Below, one piece after another: positions 49,076 to 58,627 of a stretch of 64,000 bases of DNA. The stretch lies in assembly GCA_026397015.1 (NCBI GenBank), contig JAPLVR010000006.1, forward strand, positions 156,081 through 220,080. The letters are read 5' to 3'. The DNA is from Candidatus Iainarchaeum sp. Its GTDB lineage: Archaea; Iainarchaeota; Iainarchaeia; Iainarchaeales; JAAZKV01. Below the pieces are notes generated by a model. The model was given only the letters and a program-made list of their open reading frames with translations. It ran no database searches and was not told where the DNA came from. A program made the position numbers and the translations under genes. Position 1 is the first letter of the stretch. The number at the start of each line of letters is the position of its first letter.

Positions 49076-50209
49076 TTACCTCTTATTCAAATTATTTAAA
49101 TTATTCGAATAATTCTTTTCAAATTCTTTCTTATATTTCTCAAACCGGTTCTCTTTCAGCGCCAAGCGGATTTCCTTCATCAAATTTGCCATAAAAAAAG
49201 TGTTGTGATAGCTGAGAAGCATCTGGCCGTTCTGCTCGTGAGTTTTGAATAGGTGGTGAAGGTAAGCACGCGAATGGTTTTTGCAAACGAAACACTCACA
49301 ATTCTTGTCGAGCGAAGCAAACGAATTCTTGCATGTTCCGCGGTCGATTTGCAAAACGCCTGCATGCGTGAAAATCTTTCCGTGGCGAGCCATTCTTGTG
49401 GGATAAGCAGAATCAAAAATATCAACCCCGAGAGAAACAAGCTCCAGAATTTCAAGCGGGGAACCAACACCCATCAAATAAATCGGTTTTTCTTTTGAAA
49501 CAAATTTTTTTGAATAAGAAGTTATCTTGTACATTTCGGAAGCGGGCTCGCCGATGCACAAACCGCCAAAAGCGAGGCCGTCAAAATTCATCTGGTCGAA
49601 AGCGAGAGCGGCTTTTTTTCTCAAATCCAAAAAAGTTCCTCCTTGCGTTATTCCGAATAAAAGCTGGTTCTTGTTTTTGTGGGCGGATTTGCAGCGCTGC
49701 GCCCACTCAATCGTTCGAATCAAAGCATCAATATGCTCCGCTCTTGAAGCGCCAAAGGGGGCGAGGTGGTCAAGGCACATTGCGACATCGCTGCCTAAAG
49801 AGTTTTGAATTTGAATTGCTTTTTCTGGTGTAATTAATTCGACGCTTTTATCAAAAGGATTTCTGAAATAAACACCTTTATCGTTAACATGATGGACAAA
49901 GTTTTTGCTCAATAATTGGAAACCGCCAGAATCCGTGAACATTGATTTGTCCCAAGAAATGAACTTGTGCAAGCCACCGGCTTTCTTTATTGTTTCAAGA
50001 CCGGGCTTCAAGTAATTTATAAAAGCGTTTGAAATCAAGCAATCAATGCCAAATTTTTTTAAGTCAGGGTGAGAAACGTATTTCACGGCGCCCTTGGTTG
50101 CAACCGGCATCAAAAAAGGGGTTTCGACATTGCCGTGAAAAGTGCGCAAAATTCCAGAACGAGCGGAAGAATTTTCTGATTCTGAAATTATTTCAAAGCA
50201 AGGCATCAA
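49076..50209 (-). CDS. tgt: tRNA-guanine transglycosylase, bacterial (G34) type
   Basis: TP..MPVAT, DSGGFQ, QGG, GGL..GE, YLMGVG, C.C..C..H Zn site; no archaeal C-terminal PUA domains. Confidence 0.88.
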   Translation of the reverse strand: MMPCFEIISESENSSARSGILRTFHGNVETPFLMPVATKGAVKYVSHPDLKKFGIDCLISNAFINYLKPGLETIKKAGGLHKFISWDKSMFTDSGGFQLLSKNFVHHVNDKGVYFRNPFDKSVELITPEKAIQIQNSLGSDVAMCLDHLAPFGASRAEHIDALIRTIEWAQRCKSAHKNKNQLLFGITQGGTFLDLRKKAALAFDQMNFDGLAFGGLCIGEPASEMYKITSYSKKFVSKEKPIYLMGVGSPLEILELVSLGVDIFDSAYPTRMARHGKIFTHAGVLQIDRGTCKNSFASLDKNCECFVCKNHSRAYLHHLFKTHEQNGQMLLSYHNTFFMANLMKEIRLALKENRFEKYKKEFEKNYSNNLNNLNKR

Positions 50210-50260
50210 ACAAACGAAAAAATCAACAGGTTTTTAAACACTAAAACGCCTAATTACTTT

Positions 50261-50526
50261 GGACTAGGCCGGGCCGCTAGCGGTGGCTTGTTACCGGAAA
50301 CCCGCTTTATGCCGGGGCCGAAGCTGAGGAAGAGGTTTTGATGCCACTGCAAATGCAGTTTTGATGGCGTCGAAGCTCTGTCCTTACAGGTTCCGTCATA
50401 GGATGAAACCCGCCAGGCTGGGAACAGAGCAACGGTAGTTTTATGTGGGGCGCTGAAGGGCCAACAGAGTGGAGCCACCAAAGCCCAACAATTGCTTTGG
50501 CTAGAAATCCATTTCTTGGCGCGTCC
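50261..50526 (+). ncRNA. ffs: Archaeal SRP RNA (7S)
   Basis: 5' GGAC pairs with 3' GTCC; Alu domain; GCTGAGGAA/TTTCTTGGC helix; helix 8 CCGCCAGG-CTG-GGAA-CAG-AGCAACGG. Confidence 0.88.
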
Positions 50527-50550
50527 ACTTTAAAATCAATCAAGACCCTC

Positions 50551-50742
50551 TTAAAACAATTTTTTATAAAATTTCAAAAACATTGCCCTTAATGAGAAGA
50601 GTCCGGACTTTTTGCGTGCATTTCTTCTGAGGTTCTTTGCCGCTGCCCGCGCAGTCCAATCAGTTCTATTCCGCCCGCTCAACAAATATCTTTCCGGAGC
50701 ACCCCTCGGAACACTTCTCGGACAACTTCTTAGAGCAACCAT
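50551..50742 (-). CDS. Small Arg-rich hypothetical protein
   Basis: 63 aa; GGGG SD-like run before ATG. Confidence 0.4.
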   Translation of the reverse strand: MVALRSCPRSVPRGAPERYLLSGRNRTDWTARAAAKNLRRNARKKSGLFSLRAMFLKFYKKLF

Positions 50743-50933
50743 TACGAACCCCTAACAAAAAACACGCTTTTTAGTATAATAAACCTCCTAACCCGATGTA
50801 AACCTTATACATAATTTGCTCTTTTTGCCCAAAAACACTGCTTTTCAAGGGCGAAAAGGCGAAGGATTGCGATAAGCTTTTATGCATTTTATCTGATGTT
50901 TTGTCATAATCCAGTTTATCTGGGGGCTTAAAG

Positions 50934-51158
50934 ATGGTTTTTGAGAAGCGAATGTCGGTGAAAGAGCTAATTGAGCAAATGAGAAGGGAACTCCAAGAAG
51001 AAAGAGAAATGGCTGAGGGGATAAAAAAGAAGGCAAAAAAAGCCAAAAAAACGGTCAAAAAGGTGAAAAAACCCTCAAAAAAGAGGGCAAAAAGAAGTAA
51101 GAAATCTGCAAAAAAGAAAGCAAAAAAAACGACCAAGAAAAAGAAGAAGAAAAGATAA
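50934..51158 (+). CDS. Lys-rich small protein (histone H1-like tail)
   Basis: Helical N-part followed by KKAKK repeats. Confidence 0.65.
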   Translation: MVFEKRMSVKELIEQMRRELQEEREMAEGIKKKAKKAKKTVKKVKKPSKKRAKRSKKSAKKKAKKTTKKKKKKR

Positions 51159-51187
51159 AAGATTTTTTTTATTTGGCTCGAAATTCT

Positions 51188-51499
51188 TCAAATTTTTCTG
51201 CCGAACTTGCGGAACACTTCTTTCTTTAGGTGATCAAGCACTTTTTGAATAACCTCAATGAGTTGCCACCCATCATCGGAGGCAAAAACCAGTCTGCCGC
51301 CGACTAAAAGGCGTGCATGAACCTCGTGATGAATCTTTAGACCTTCGTGGCGATGCTCCTTAAAAGTAAGGTGAAGCTTGACATCTTCGCCGAAAGAAAC
51401 CTTTTTCAAAAAACGCTCAATGTTGCTCTTAATGATGGCGGCATCGACTTCGTCAATCTCGGGAAGTTTTGCAAACTCCACCCCCTCAATCCCAATCAA
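51188..51499 (-). CDS. HPF/RaiA-like ribosome hibernation domain protein
   Basis: beta-alpha-beta3-alpha pattern; HEVHARL....VFAS..GW.L...I...L..L; start uncertain. Confidence 0.55.
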   Translation of the reverse strand: MIGIEGVEFAKLPEIDEVDAAIIKSNIERFLKKVSFGEDVKLHLTFKEHRHEGLKIHHEVHARLLVGGRLVFASDDGWQLIEVIQKVLDHLKKEVFRKFGRKI

Positions 51500-51597
51500 C
51501 CAAAAACACCAAAAGCAAAAGAATGAATAAGTAATGCTTTTCAAGGTTAAAAAGGTTTTGGAACGCCTTTAAAAACGTTTTAAAGGAAAGATATTTT

Positions 51598-53439
51598 ATG
51601 GAAAATGAAAACCGAGAAAAAGAGGAGCTCCTGCAGGCGGCGCCAAAAGAGTGCAGAAAAGGCGTTGAAGAAGCCATTGATTTCCTTGAGGCGGTTTATT
51701 CCTCGGAAGGAGAAACCGGAAGAAAAAAAATAAAACACTTCATCAGAATAGGAAAAATGGATATTGAAAGAAATTTTGAAAGGGAAACGATACTTGGAAA
51801 TATGCTTTACGGGTCAATAGCGGAAAGAAAAACAAACGCCGAAGAAATAGAAAAAAGGTTCGGAAAAAAAACCGCGGAACTTGCAAAGGAAGCCGGAGAA
51901 ATACTTCAAATAATCGGAAGCAACTTCGGGAAAGTGCCGTCGGAAACGCTCAGCTCAATAATGCTTTCGATGACTGAAAATGTCCAAACAACAATGATTG
52001 GAATCGCGGCAATGCTTGACTGGCTCAGAAACATAGAAGAATTAAATGAAAATGAAAGAAAAAAAATAATCGGCATGACAAAAGAAATTTACATACCATT
52101 AGTGATGAAACTCGGGCTGCAAAGCATCACGTGGCAGCTTCAGGATTACTGCTTCAAGGCGGAAAATCCGAAAGCATACGAAAAAATAAAACAGCTGGTC
52201 GGAAAAACGAGGGAAGAAAGAGAAAAACTTGTTGAAGAGGTAAAAGAGGAACTTGGAAAACTGCTGAAGGGAAAAATCGAGGTGCAAATATTCGGGAGAC
52301 CGAAAAACTTCTGGGCAATAAACAAAAAAATGGAAAAAGTGCTGTTCAAAAACATCTACGACCTGTACGGAATCAGGATTATCTGCAATAAGGAAAGCGA
52401 ATGCTACGAAGCGCTCGGCTACATTCATTCAAAATACAAAATAATTCCAGGAACCTTTGACGATTATATTTCAAAACCAAAAGACGAGGGTTACCAAAGC
52501 ATCCATACCACTGTTGAGAGAGGAAACGACATCATTGAATTCCAAATAAGAACATGGGCGCAACACCTCAGGACGGAATCAAACCTTTACTGGAAATACA
52601 GGCGATTAACAAAGGACAGGGAATTCGAGAAAGAACTGAGCTGGGAAAGGCAGCTCATGGAATGGCAAAAAAGCGCGGGAAAGGAAGCGCAGATGAGAAG
52701 TTTCACCGGAAAAAAAATATTCACATTCACGCCGAAAAACGAAGTAATAGTTTTGCCAAAAGAGGCAACTGTTATTGATTTTGCCTTCGCAATACACACT
52801 GATCTTGGCAAAAGAATGGAAAAGGCAAAAGTGAACGGAAAACTCGTTCCGATAGAAATGGAACTAAAAAACCTCGACAGGGTCGAGATAATTGCGTCAA
52901 AACAACCCCGAATAAAAAGAAACTGGGTAAATTTTGCGAAAAGCAGCAAGGCAAAAACAAAAATAAAAGCTCATTTTGGAATCAAGGCGAAAAGGGTGAA
53001 AGCCGGAACGGAAAAAGAAACAATCGGAAAAACGAGAAAAACAAAAACAGCGGAATGCTGCAATCCGCTGCCCGGCGAAGAAGTTGTCGGGGTAAAAACC
53101 AGCAAGAGAAAAATAGTCATACACAGAAAGGATTGCATCAACCTGAAAAAAATTTCTCCGAAAAAAATAATCAAACTTGAATTTATGGGGGAAGAAGGAA
53201 AAACCAGGCTCAAAATAACGGCACTGGACAGAATAGGGCTGCTCGGAGAAATACTTTTAAAAATAAAAAAAAGCGGAGCAACAATAGTCTCAACCGACTT
53301 CAAAATAAAAAAATCGGGATACGTTGAATCAACATTTGAGATAAAAATCAAAAATATCGAGAAACTTGAAAAGCTGGCGGAAGAAATCGAAAAAATCCCG
53401 TCGGTTTACGGTGCCGAAAGGATATCGCAAAAGATTTAA
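51598..53439 (+). CDS. relA: Long RelA/SpoT homolog (pseudo-HD, synthetase, TGS, ZFD, ACT)
   Basis: GRPK, DLYGIRII, DYISKPK..GYQSIHT, EFQIRT, FTPK..DFAFAIHT, CCNPLPG, DR.GLL; HD replaced by LYGS. Confidence 0.88.
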   Translation: MENENREKEELLQAAPKECRKGVEEAIDFLEAVYSSEGETGRKKIKHFIRIGKMDIERNFERETILGNMLYGSIAERKTNAEEIEKRFGKKTAELAKEAGEILQIIGSNFGKVPSETLSSIMLSMTENVQTTMIGIAAMLDWLRNIEELNENERKKIIGMTKEIYIPLVMKLGLQSITWQLQDYCFKAENPKAYEKIKQLVGKTREEREKLVEEVKEELGKLLKGKIEVQIFGRPKNFWAINKKMEKVLFKNIYDLYGIRIICNKESECYEALGYIHSKYKIIPGTFDDYISKPKDEGYQSIHTTVERGNDIIEFQIRTWAQHLRTESNLYWKYRRLTKDREFEKELSWERQLMEWQKSAGKEAQMRSFTGKKIFTFTPKNEVIVLPKEATVIDFAFAIHTDLGKRMEKAKVNGKLVPIEMELKNLDRVEIIASKQPRIKRNWVNFAKSSKAKTKIKAHFGIKAKRVKAGTEKETIGKTRKTKTAECCNPLPGEEVVGVKTSKRKIVIHRKDCINLKKISPKKIIKLEFMGEEGKTRLKITALDRIGLLGEILLKIKKSGATIVSTDFKIKKSGYVESTFEIKIKNIEKLEKLAEEIEKIPSVYGAERISQKI

Positions 53440-53512
53440 ACAAAACCCACAACAAGTAATAAAAAAACATTAAAGAATCAGTAAAAAGAAACTGGCGGCA
53501 GGCGAACCAAAA

Positions 53513-54205
53513 ATGGAAAAAAAACCGATAATTGAAGTGCAAAATGTGAGCAAAATATATAAAATGGACGAGGTGGATGTGGTTGCGCTTGACGGCGTAA
53601 GCCTGAAAATTTATCCCGGAGAATTTGTTTCAATAATGGGCCCATCCGGCTCCGGAAAAACAACCCTGCTGGATGTATTAAGCGTTCTCATGAGGCCGAC
53701 TCAAGGAAAAATAATTATAAACGGAAAAGACGTTTCAACGCTGAACGACAACGAACTCGCAATAATAAGGGGAAAAACAATAGGATTTGTTTTTCAAACA
53801 TTCAATTTAATTCCAAAATTGAGTGCACTTGAAAACGTAATGATGCCGATGTGGTTCAGGGGAGTTCCATTAAAGGAAAGAAAAGCGAGAGCGGAAGAGG
53901 TGTTAAGGGAAGTCGGACTTGAAGACAGAATGACCCATAAACCAAGCGAACTAAGCGGCGGTCAGAGGCAGAGGGTGGCGATAGCAAGGGCTCTTGCAAA
54001 CGAACCGGAGGTTATTGTAGCGGATGAACCGACCGGAAACCTCGACTCGAAAGCCGGAAAACAGGTTCTGGGAATACTTAAGGAGCTCAATGAGAAGCAA
54101 GGAAAAACTATTTTAATGGTTACTCACAATAAGACTATAGGAAATCTGGCGAAAAGAAGAATAAAACTTTTTGACGGAAAAATATGCAGGGGGGATAAAA
54201 TATGA
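53513..54205 (+). CDS. ABC transporter ATP-binding protein (LolD/MacB-like)
   Basis: GPSGSGKTT, LSGGQRQR, ADEPTGNLD. Confidence 0.95.
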   Translation: MEKKPIIEVQNVSKIYKMDEVDVVALDGVSLKIYPGEFVSIMGPSGSGKTTLLDVLSVLMRPTQGKIIINGKDVSTLNDNELAIIRGKTIGFVFQTFNLIPKLSALENVMMPMWFRGVPLKERKARAEEVLREVGLEDRMTHKPSELSGGQRQRVAIARALANEPEVIVADEPTGNLDSKAGKQVLGILKELNEKQGKTILMVTHNKTIGNLAKRRIKLFDGKICRGDKI

Positions 54206-55407
54206 AAACAAAAATATTACTTGTAATTTTGGTTTTGATAACGGGATTTGCGTTTGCAGCAAATCCAACGCCAACACAATTCAACTACAACCCGAGTCCG
54301 GCGGTGCCAGGTTCCACAATAACAATTCTCATTCAGGTTGAGAATGCCGATAATTATGCAAAAGAAGATGTAATGGTTAAAATTGATGAAAAATATCCTT
54401 TCACAGTAAAGGGGCAAAATGAACAAAACTTAGGAACACTGGAAAAAAACGGGAAAAAACTTGTAGAATACACAATATACGTTGACCCAACCGCGCAAAA
54501 TCAAACTTATCCTATCGATGTCATGACAAAATCAAAAAGCGAACCTAATTGGGTCACAACCCCAAAATCAATAGTTATTGCCGGAAAAAAACCAATTGTA
54601 AAAGTAATGAATATATCGGAAACAAAACTCGTTCCGGGGCAAGAAAAAGAAATAATTTTCACCCTTCAAAATGTTGGAACAAGCGCCGCATACGACATTT
54701 TAGTCGAGCTTGAAGAAGACAGGACTGTAACTGCTACTGGAGTTATTGTTGAAAGGGAAATACTCCCGCTGGGCGCTGCAACCGCGCACATGAGTTCTTT
54801 ACTCCCAGGCGACCAGGAAAGCGTCACAATGAAAGTAAGTGTAAACAAAGAAGCAAGTTTGAAAAATTACACCCTGCCGGTTACGGTTTCATACAGGGAT
54901 TCTGCGGGAACAATAGAAACTGAAACCTCTTACATAGGATTCAAAGTTTCCGGGTTGGTGGAAATCGACGCGACAATAAAAGACGGCGGAACACAGCTGA
55001 TTGCCGGAAAAAGCAACGAAATAACAATAGAAATGTTCAACAAAGGAAACGGAAAAGCTGATTTCATAATTGCGCAAATTGAAGCCGACTGCGGAGAGGC
55101 TGCAAAGACAAAGCAATTCATCGGAACGCTTGAACCAAATGATGTTGATTCTTTTAAGACAACAATAAACTTAGGCCAAAGCGCAAAGTCGGGGCCGTGC
55201 AAAATAAAAGTTGTTTTGAACTACCAGGACGCGGACGCATCCCCAAAAAACAAGGAAATTGAACTTAGCGCGCCGGCATATTCGATTGAGGACGCTGCGG
55301 CACTGGCCGGGGGCGGAATAAATCCATTATTTGTACTTGTAATGTTGGCTATCATTGGATTTGTTGGATACCAAGTTTGGAAAAAAATGAAAAACAAAAG
55401 CAAGTAA
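54202..55407 (+). CDS. COG1361-like S-layer domain protein
   Basis: Signal peptide, P.P..PG, N.G..A Ig-like repeats, C-terminal TM. Confidence 0.8.
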   Translation: MKTKILLVILVLITGFAFAANPTPTQFNYNPSPAVPGSTITILIQVENADNYAKEDVMVKIDEKYPFTVKGQNEQNLGTLEKNGKKLVEYTIYVDPTAQNQTYPIDVMTKSKSEPNWVTTPKSIVIAGKKPIVKVMNISETKLVPGQEKEIIFTLQNVGTSAAYDILVELEEDRTVTATGVIVEREILPLGAATAHMSSLLPGDQESVTMKVSVNKEASLKNYTLPVTVSYRDSAGTIETETSYIGFKVSGLVEIDATIKDGGTQLIAGKSNEITIEMFNKGNGKADFIIAQIEADCGEAAKTKQFIGTLEPNDVDSFKTTINLGQSAKSGPCKIKVVLNYQDADASPKNKEIELSAPAYSIEDAAALAGGGINPLFVLVMLAIIGFVGYQVWKKMKNKSK

Positions 55408-55468
55408 ACAAACGGCACGACCAACAAAAACTTAATAAACAACCAACAACTACTATATTGTGAACACT

Positions 55469-56203
55469 ATGCGAAGAATAAGCAGCGGAATAGCCGGGTT
55501 TGATGAACTCGTTGAAGGAGGCTTTCCCGAAGGGAGAAGCTTCTTAATAAGCGGGAGCACCGGAACAGGAAAAACTATTTTTGCAATCCAATTCGTAGTT
55601 CAAGGCGCAATGAAAGGCGAACCTGGAATATACCTGACACTTGACGAGCGCCCGGAACTGATAAGAGAAGACATGCTAAGATTCGGATGGAATCTGAGGG
55701 AACTTGAAGACAAAGGCCTGATGCAAATAATCGACGGAACAATCGCAAAAGTCGGCATACCAAGCGATGAAGAATTTTCACTCCCTGTAACAGGATTCGA
55801 TTTGGACAAACTATTGCTTGAATTGATGAAGGCAATAAAAAAAATAAGGGCGAAAAGAGTGGTAATTGATTCTATTCCCGCATTGGGAATAAACTTTGAA
55901 AACGAACATGAAGTCAGAAAGGCAATATTAAAAACAATTTATTTCCTTTCAAGAGCGGGAGTGACGACCATGCTCACAACCGAAGTCGAAGAAGGCTCAA
56001 AAAGATTCAGCAAATACGGGGTAGAAGAATATGTTGCTGACGGAGTTATAATGCTCCATTACATGGGAATCGGAACACAGAGCAACAGAACGATGCACAT
56101 AAGAAAAATGAGGGCAACAAAGCCGAGCGAAGACCTGCACCCGATGGAAATAACCAATAGCGGAATAAAAATACACAAAGTTGAAGAGGATTATAATTTA
56201 TAA
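55469..56203 (+). CDS. KaiC/RAD55-like RecA-superfamily ATPase
   Basis: GI.GFDEL..GGFP, GTGKT, VIDS, EEYVADGVI, KMRAT. Confidence 0.92.
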   Translation: MRRISSGIAGFDELVEGGFPEGRSFLISGSTGTGKTIFAIQFVVQGAMKGEPGIYLTLDERPELIREDMLRFGWNLRELEDKGLMQIIDGTIAKVGIPSDEEFSLPVTGFDLDKLLLELMKAIKKIRAKRVVIDSIPALGINFENEHEVRKAILKTIYFLSRAGVTTMLTTEVEEGSKRFSKYGVEEYVADGVIMLHYMGIGTQSNRTMHIRKMRATKPSEDLHPMEITNSGIKIHKVEEDYNL

Positions 56204-56416
56204 AAAAAACAAAGCAGCAAATTTCTAAAAAAATCCGCAATTTTTTTCTAAATTCTTTTGAAAAAAATTTCAAATCTGCGCGCAAAACAAATTTTTAAAA
56301 AAATTCAAAAAAAAGGAAATAACAAAGCTTAAATATCAGAAAAGCGTTAATACAATAAACATTTATCAATTAAAATGATAAAGAAAAAATAAGAAATGGC
56401 GAAGGAGGGGATAAAA

Positions 56417-56461
56417 ATGGCAAAGAAAAAGAAGAAAAAAGCAAAGAAAAAAAGAAGGTAA
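56417..56461 (+). CDS. Putative Lys-rich micropeptide MAKKKKKKAKKKRR
   Basis: Strong GGAGG SD and upstream TATA-like ttaaata; in-frame ATG also at 56396. Confidence 0.35.
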   Translation: MAKKKKKKAKKKRR

Positions 56462-56589
56462 CCGCTTTTTGTGAAAAAAATTTAAAGTTTGGCGCGATTG
56501 TGTTCAGTTGCGCCAAGAATTATTTTTGTGAAACTGATTCTCGAACAAGTTTTCAATATCGGTTGTTGAGAGACAAATAAAAAAAATAA

Positions 56590-56702
56590 TGGAGACGGCG
56601 AGATTTGAACCCGCGACACACCGGTCTTCAGCCGATTGCTTGTGGGCGAAAAAAACATAAAAAAAATGCTTAAATTCGTCTCCCAGGCTGAGCTACGTCT
56701 CC
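56590..56702 (-). tRNA. tRNA-Phe(GAA) with 39-nt D-arm intron at 22/23 (56641-56679)
   Basis: Acceptor GGAGACG/CGTCTCC; loop CTGAAGA; BHB with TGGG/CCCA helix. Confidence 0.9.
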
Positions 56703-56730
56703 ATCAAGTAGAATTTCATAAGAAAAGTTT

Positions 56731-57469
56731 TTAATATCTGCTCAAAATGAAAATAGCTCTGTTTTGCTTATTAGCATCACAAAATCCAACAATATTTACA
56801 TATTTTAAAAAATCAGCATGTTTCCTTATTTTAATTCTGACCGCCCGTGTTATTCCTTTTTTTCTTTTGTTCCTTTGCTTTGGAAAATACGGCCCCAAAA
56901 CCTTGATTCCAAAATATTCGTCTAACAAAAAAACAATTTGTTTCATAAATTTAGCCCCACTTTGCAAATTTTCACTTAACTTCCACTGTTCCAGCATTAT
57001 TGACTTTGTTTGCTCAACATTAGCTTCACATGAAAAATAAGCCCTGATGAACGCTCTAAAAAATATTTTTTCTTCAATTATCCAATTAGGAATTAGAAAA
57101 TCTTGAGAAACTTTGGCACCAACTGGAACGCCGCATAAATAAAGTGTTCTTGCCAAGGGTTTAGAATTTATTCCCAAATTAAAAGTCCCATACTTGTTTG
57201 TTGAGCACGGTCTTATTTTGCCTTCAACTGAAAAAATTTTTTTAATGAGACTATTGAAATATTTTAAGGTTTTGAAATCGTTTGAAGTAAAATCAATCCT
57301 CCAACGAGGATGACCTTGAATGTATCGTCACCAATTAGAAAGCCGCAAATCTCCGCACAAGTTCAATAGAAGGACGTAAAGGAAACCAACCTCTAAAGAA
57401 TTCGATGGGTGCTTGAGAAGGCGACCTATAAAAAGACAACAAATCCTCTAATTTCAGAATTGATTTCAT
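56731..57469 (-). pseudogene. LAGLIDADG endonuclease-like gene, doubly frameshifted
   Basis: Reconstructed AEICGFLIGD(G)YI..FTSND, second motif FIRAYFSCEA; two shifts near 57325-57358. Confidence 0.7.
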
Positions 57470-57559
57470 TATAAAAAAAATAATTTATGGCAATAAAAAC
57501 GCTTCGAGGGTTCCCTGCTGGTGAAAAATTTTCAGAGTAAACAACTCAATAAGAATGAG

Positions 57560-57632
57560 CGAGCCCAGGGGGATTCGAACCCCCGACACCCAGATTAAGA
57601 GTCTGGTGCTCTACCAACTGAGCTATGGGCCC
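57560..57632 (-). tRNA. tRNA-Lys(CTT)
   Basis: CCAGA-CTCTTAA-TCTGG; canonical cloverleaf. Confidence 0.96.
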
Positions 57633-57674
57633 ATATTTTCTCTGACTTTTCCACAAAAAATTATTGCGGAGCAT

Positions 57675-57790
57675 AGTCTATCGAGCACTAAGCAAAAGCT
57701 CAAAGCTTTTGCGATGTGTGACAAACCTCGAGTTTGCCACATCAGCGAAGATAGACTTTTTCGCCACAAAGCAAAAGCAAAGCTTTTGCG
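57675..57790. repeat. Nested hairpin element between the tRNA-Lys genes
   Basis: agtctatcgagc...gcgaagatagact enclosing gcaaaagc/gcttttgc and gatgtg/cacatc; second gcaaaagc-gcttttgc hairpin. Confidence 0.55.
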
Positions 57791-57837
57791 TGCATGACAA
57801 AACTTTGTTTTGCCATGTCCTTTATAAAAGGCTGAAG

Positions 57838-57910
57838 CGAGCCCGAGGGGATTTGAACCCCTGACACCTGGATTAAAAGTCCAGTGCTCTACCAACTGAG
57901 CTACGGGCCC
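57838..57910 (-). tRNA. tRNA-Lys(TTT)
   Basis: CTGGA-CTTTTAA-TCCAG; canonical cloverleaf. Confidence 0.96.
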
Positions 57911-58072
57911 ATTTGTGCATTGCTACTAACCAATTGCAAGCTGAAAAATTTTTAAAGGGTTGCAAAAGTCTTTTACTCCCATAAAATTCTACAAATGGGA
58001 TCTTTTATATTAAATTAAGCTTTTTTGAGGAAAGCTTTTCAAAACAATTGACAGATAATTGATTGGAATAAT

Positions 58073-58606
58073 ATGAAAAAAGAGCTTATTGTGTTCAGGC
58101 ATGGGCACAGGATAGTCAGAGATTACAGAGTTACGAGCCATTGCTGCCTAGTGGCAAGGGCGCTGGGGGCGAACAGAATAATTATCTGCGGAGCAAGGGA
58201 TGAGAGCGTTGAAAGAAGCGTTGCAGACGTAAACAAAAGATGGGGCGGGCAGTTTGGGATTGAATTCATAGAAGATTGGAAAAAAGAACTGAAAGAATTG
58301 AAGAAAAAAAAGTTCAAACTGGTTCATCTGACAATGTATGGTTTGCCGGTGCAAAAAGTTGGAAAAAAGCTGCAAAAACTTGGAAAAATTGTTGCGATTA
58401 TTGGATCGCAAAAAGTTGAAAGGGAAATATACGAATTGGCCGATTTTAATGTGAGCGTTACCCAGCAGCCCCACAGTGAAATAGCGGCACTCGCGGTGTT
58501 CCTAGACAGGCTACAAAACGGAAAAGAACTTGCCAAAAAATTTGGGGGCGCCAAAATAAGGGTTGTGCCTTCAAAGAAGGGCAAAAATGTAGTAAATTTA
58601 AAATAA
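58073..58606 (+). CDS. trm56: tRNA (cytidine-56-2'-O)-methyltransferase aTrm56
   Basis: GHR..RD.R.T.H..LVARALGA, VHLTMYG, G..KV, QPHSE.AALAVFLD. Confidence 0.95.
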   Translation: MKKELIVFRHGHRIVRDYRVTSHCCLVARALGANRIIICGARDESVERSVADVNKRWGGQFGIEFIEDWKKELKELKKKKFKLVHLTMYGLPVQKVGKKLQKLGKIVAIIGSQKVEREIYELADFNVSVTQQPHSEIAALAVFLDRLQNGKELAKKFGGAKIRVVPSKKGKNVVNLK

Positions 58607-58627
58607 CTTCCTTGTGGAAGGATATAT

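Noticed and set aside
50254-50543. RNase P RNA or short ORFs
   Set aside because: Helix 8, the Alu domain and terminal pairing identify SRP RNA; RNase P P4 motifs are absent
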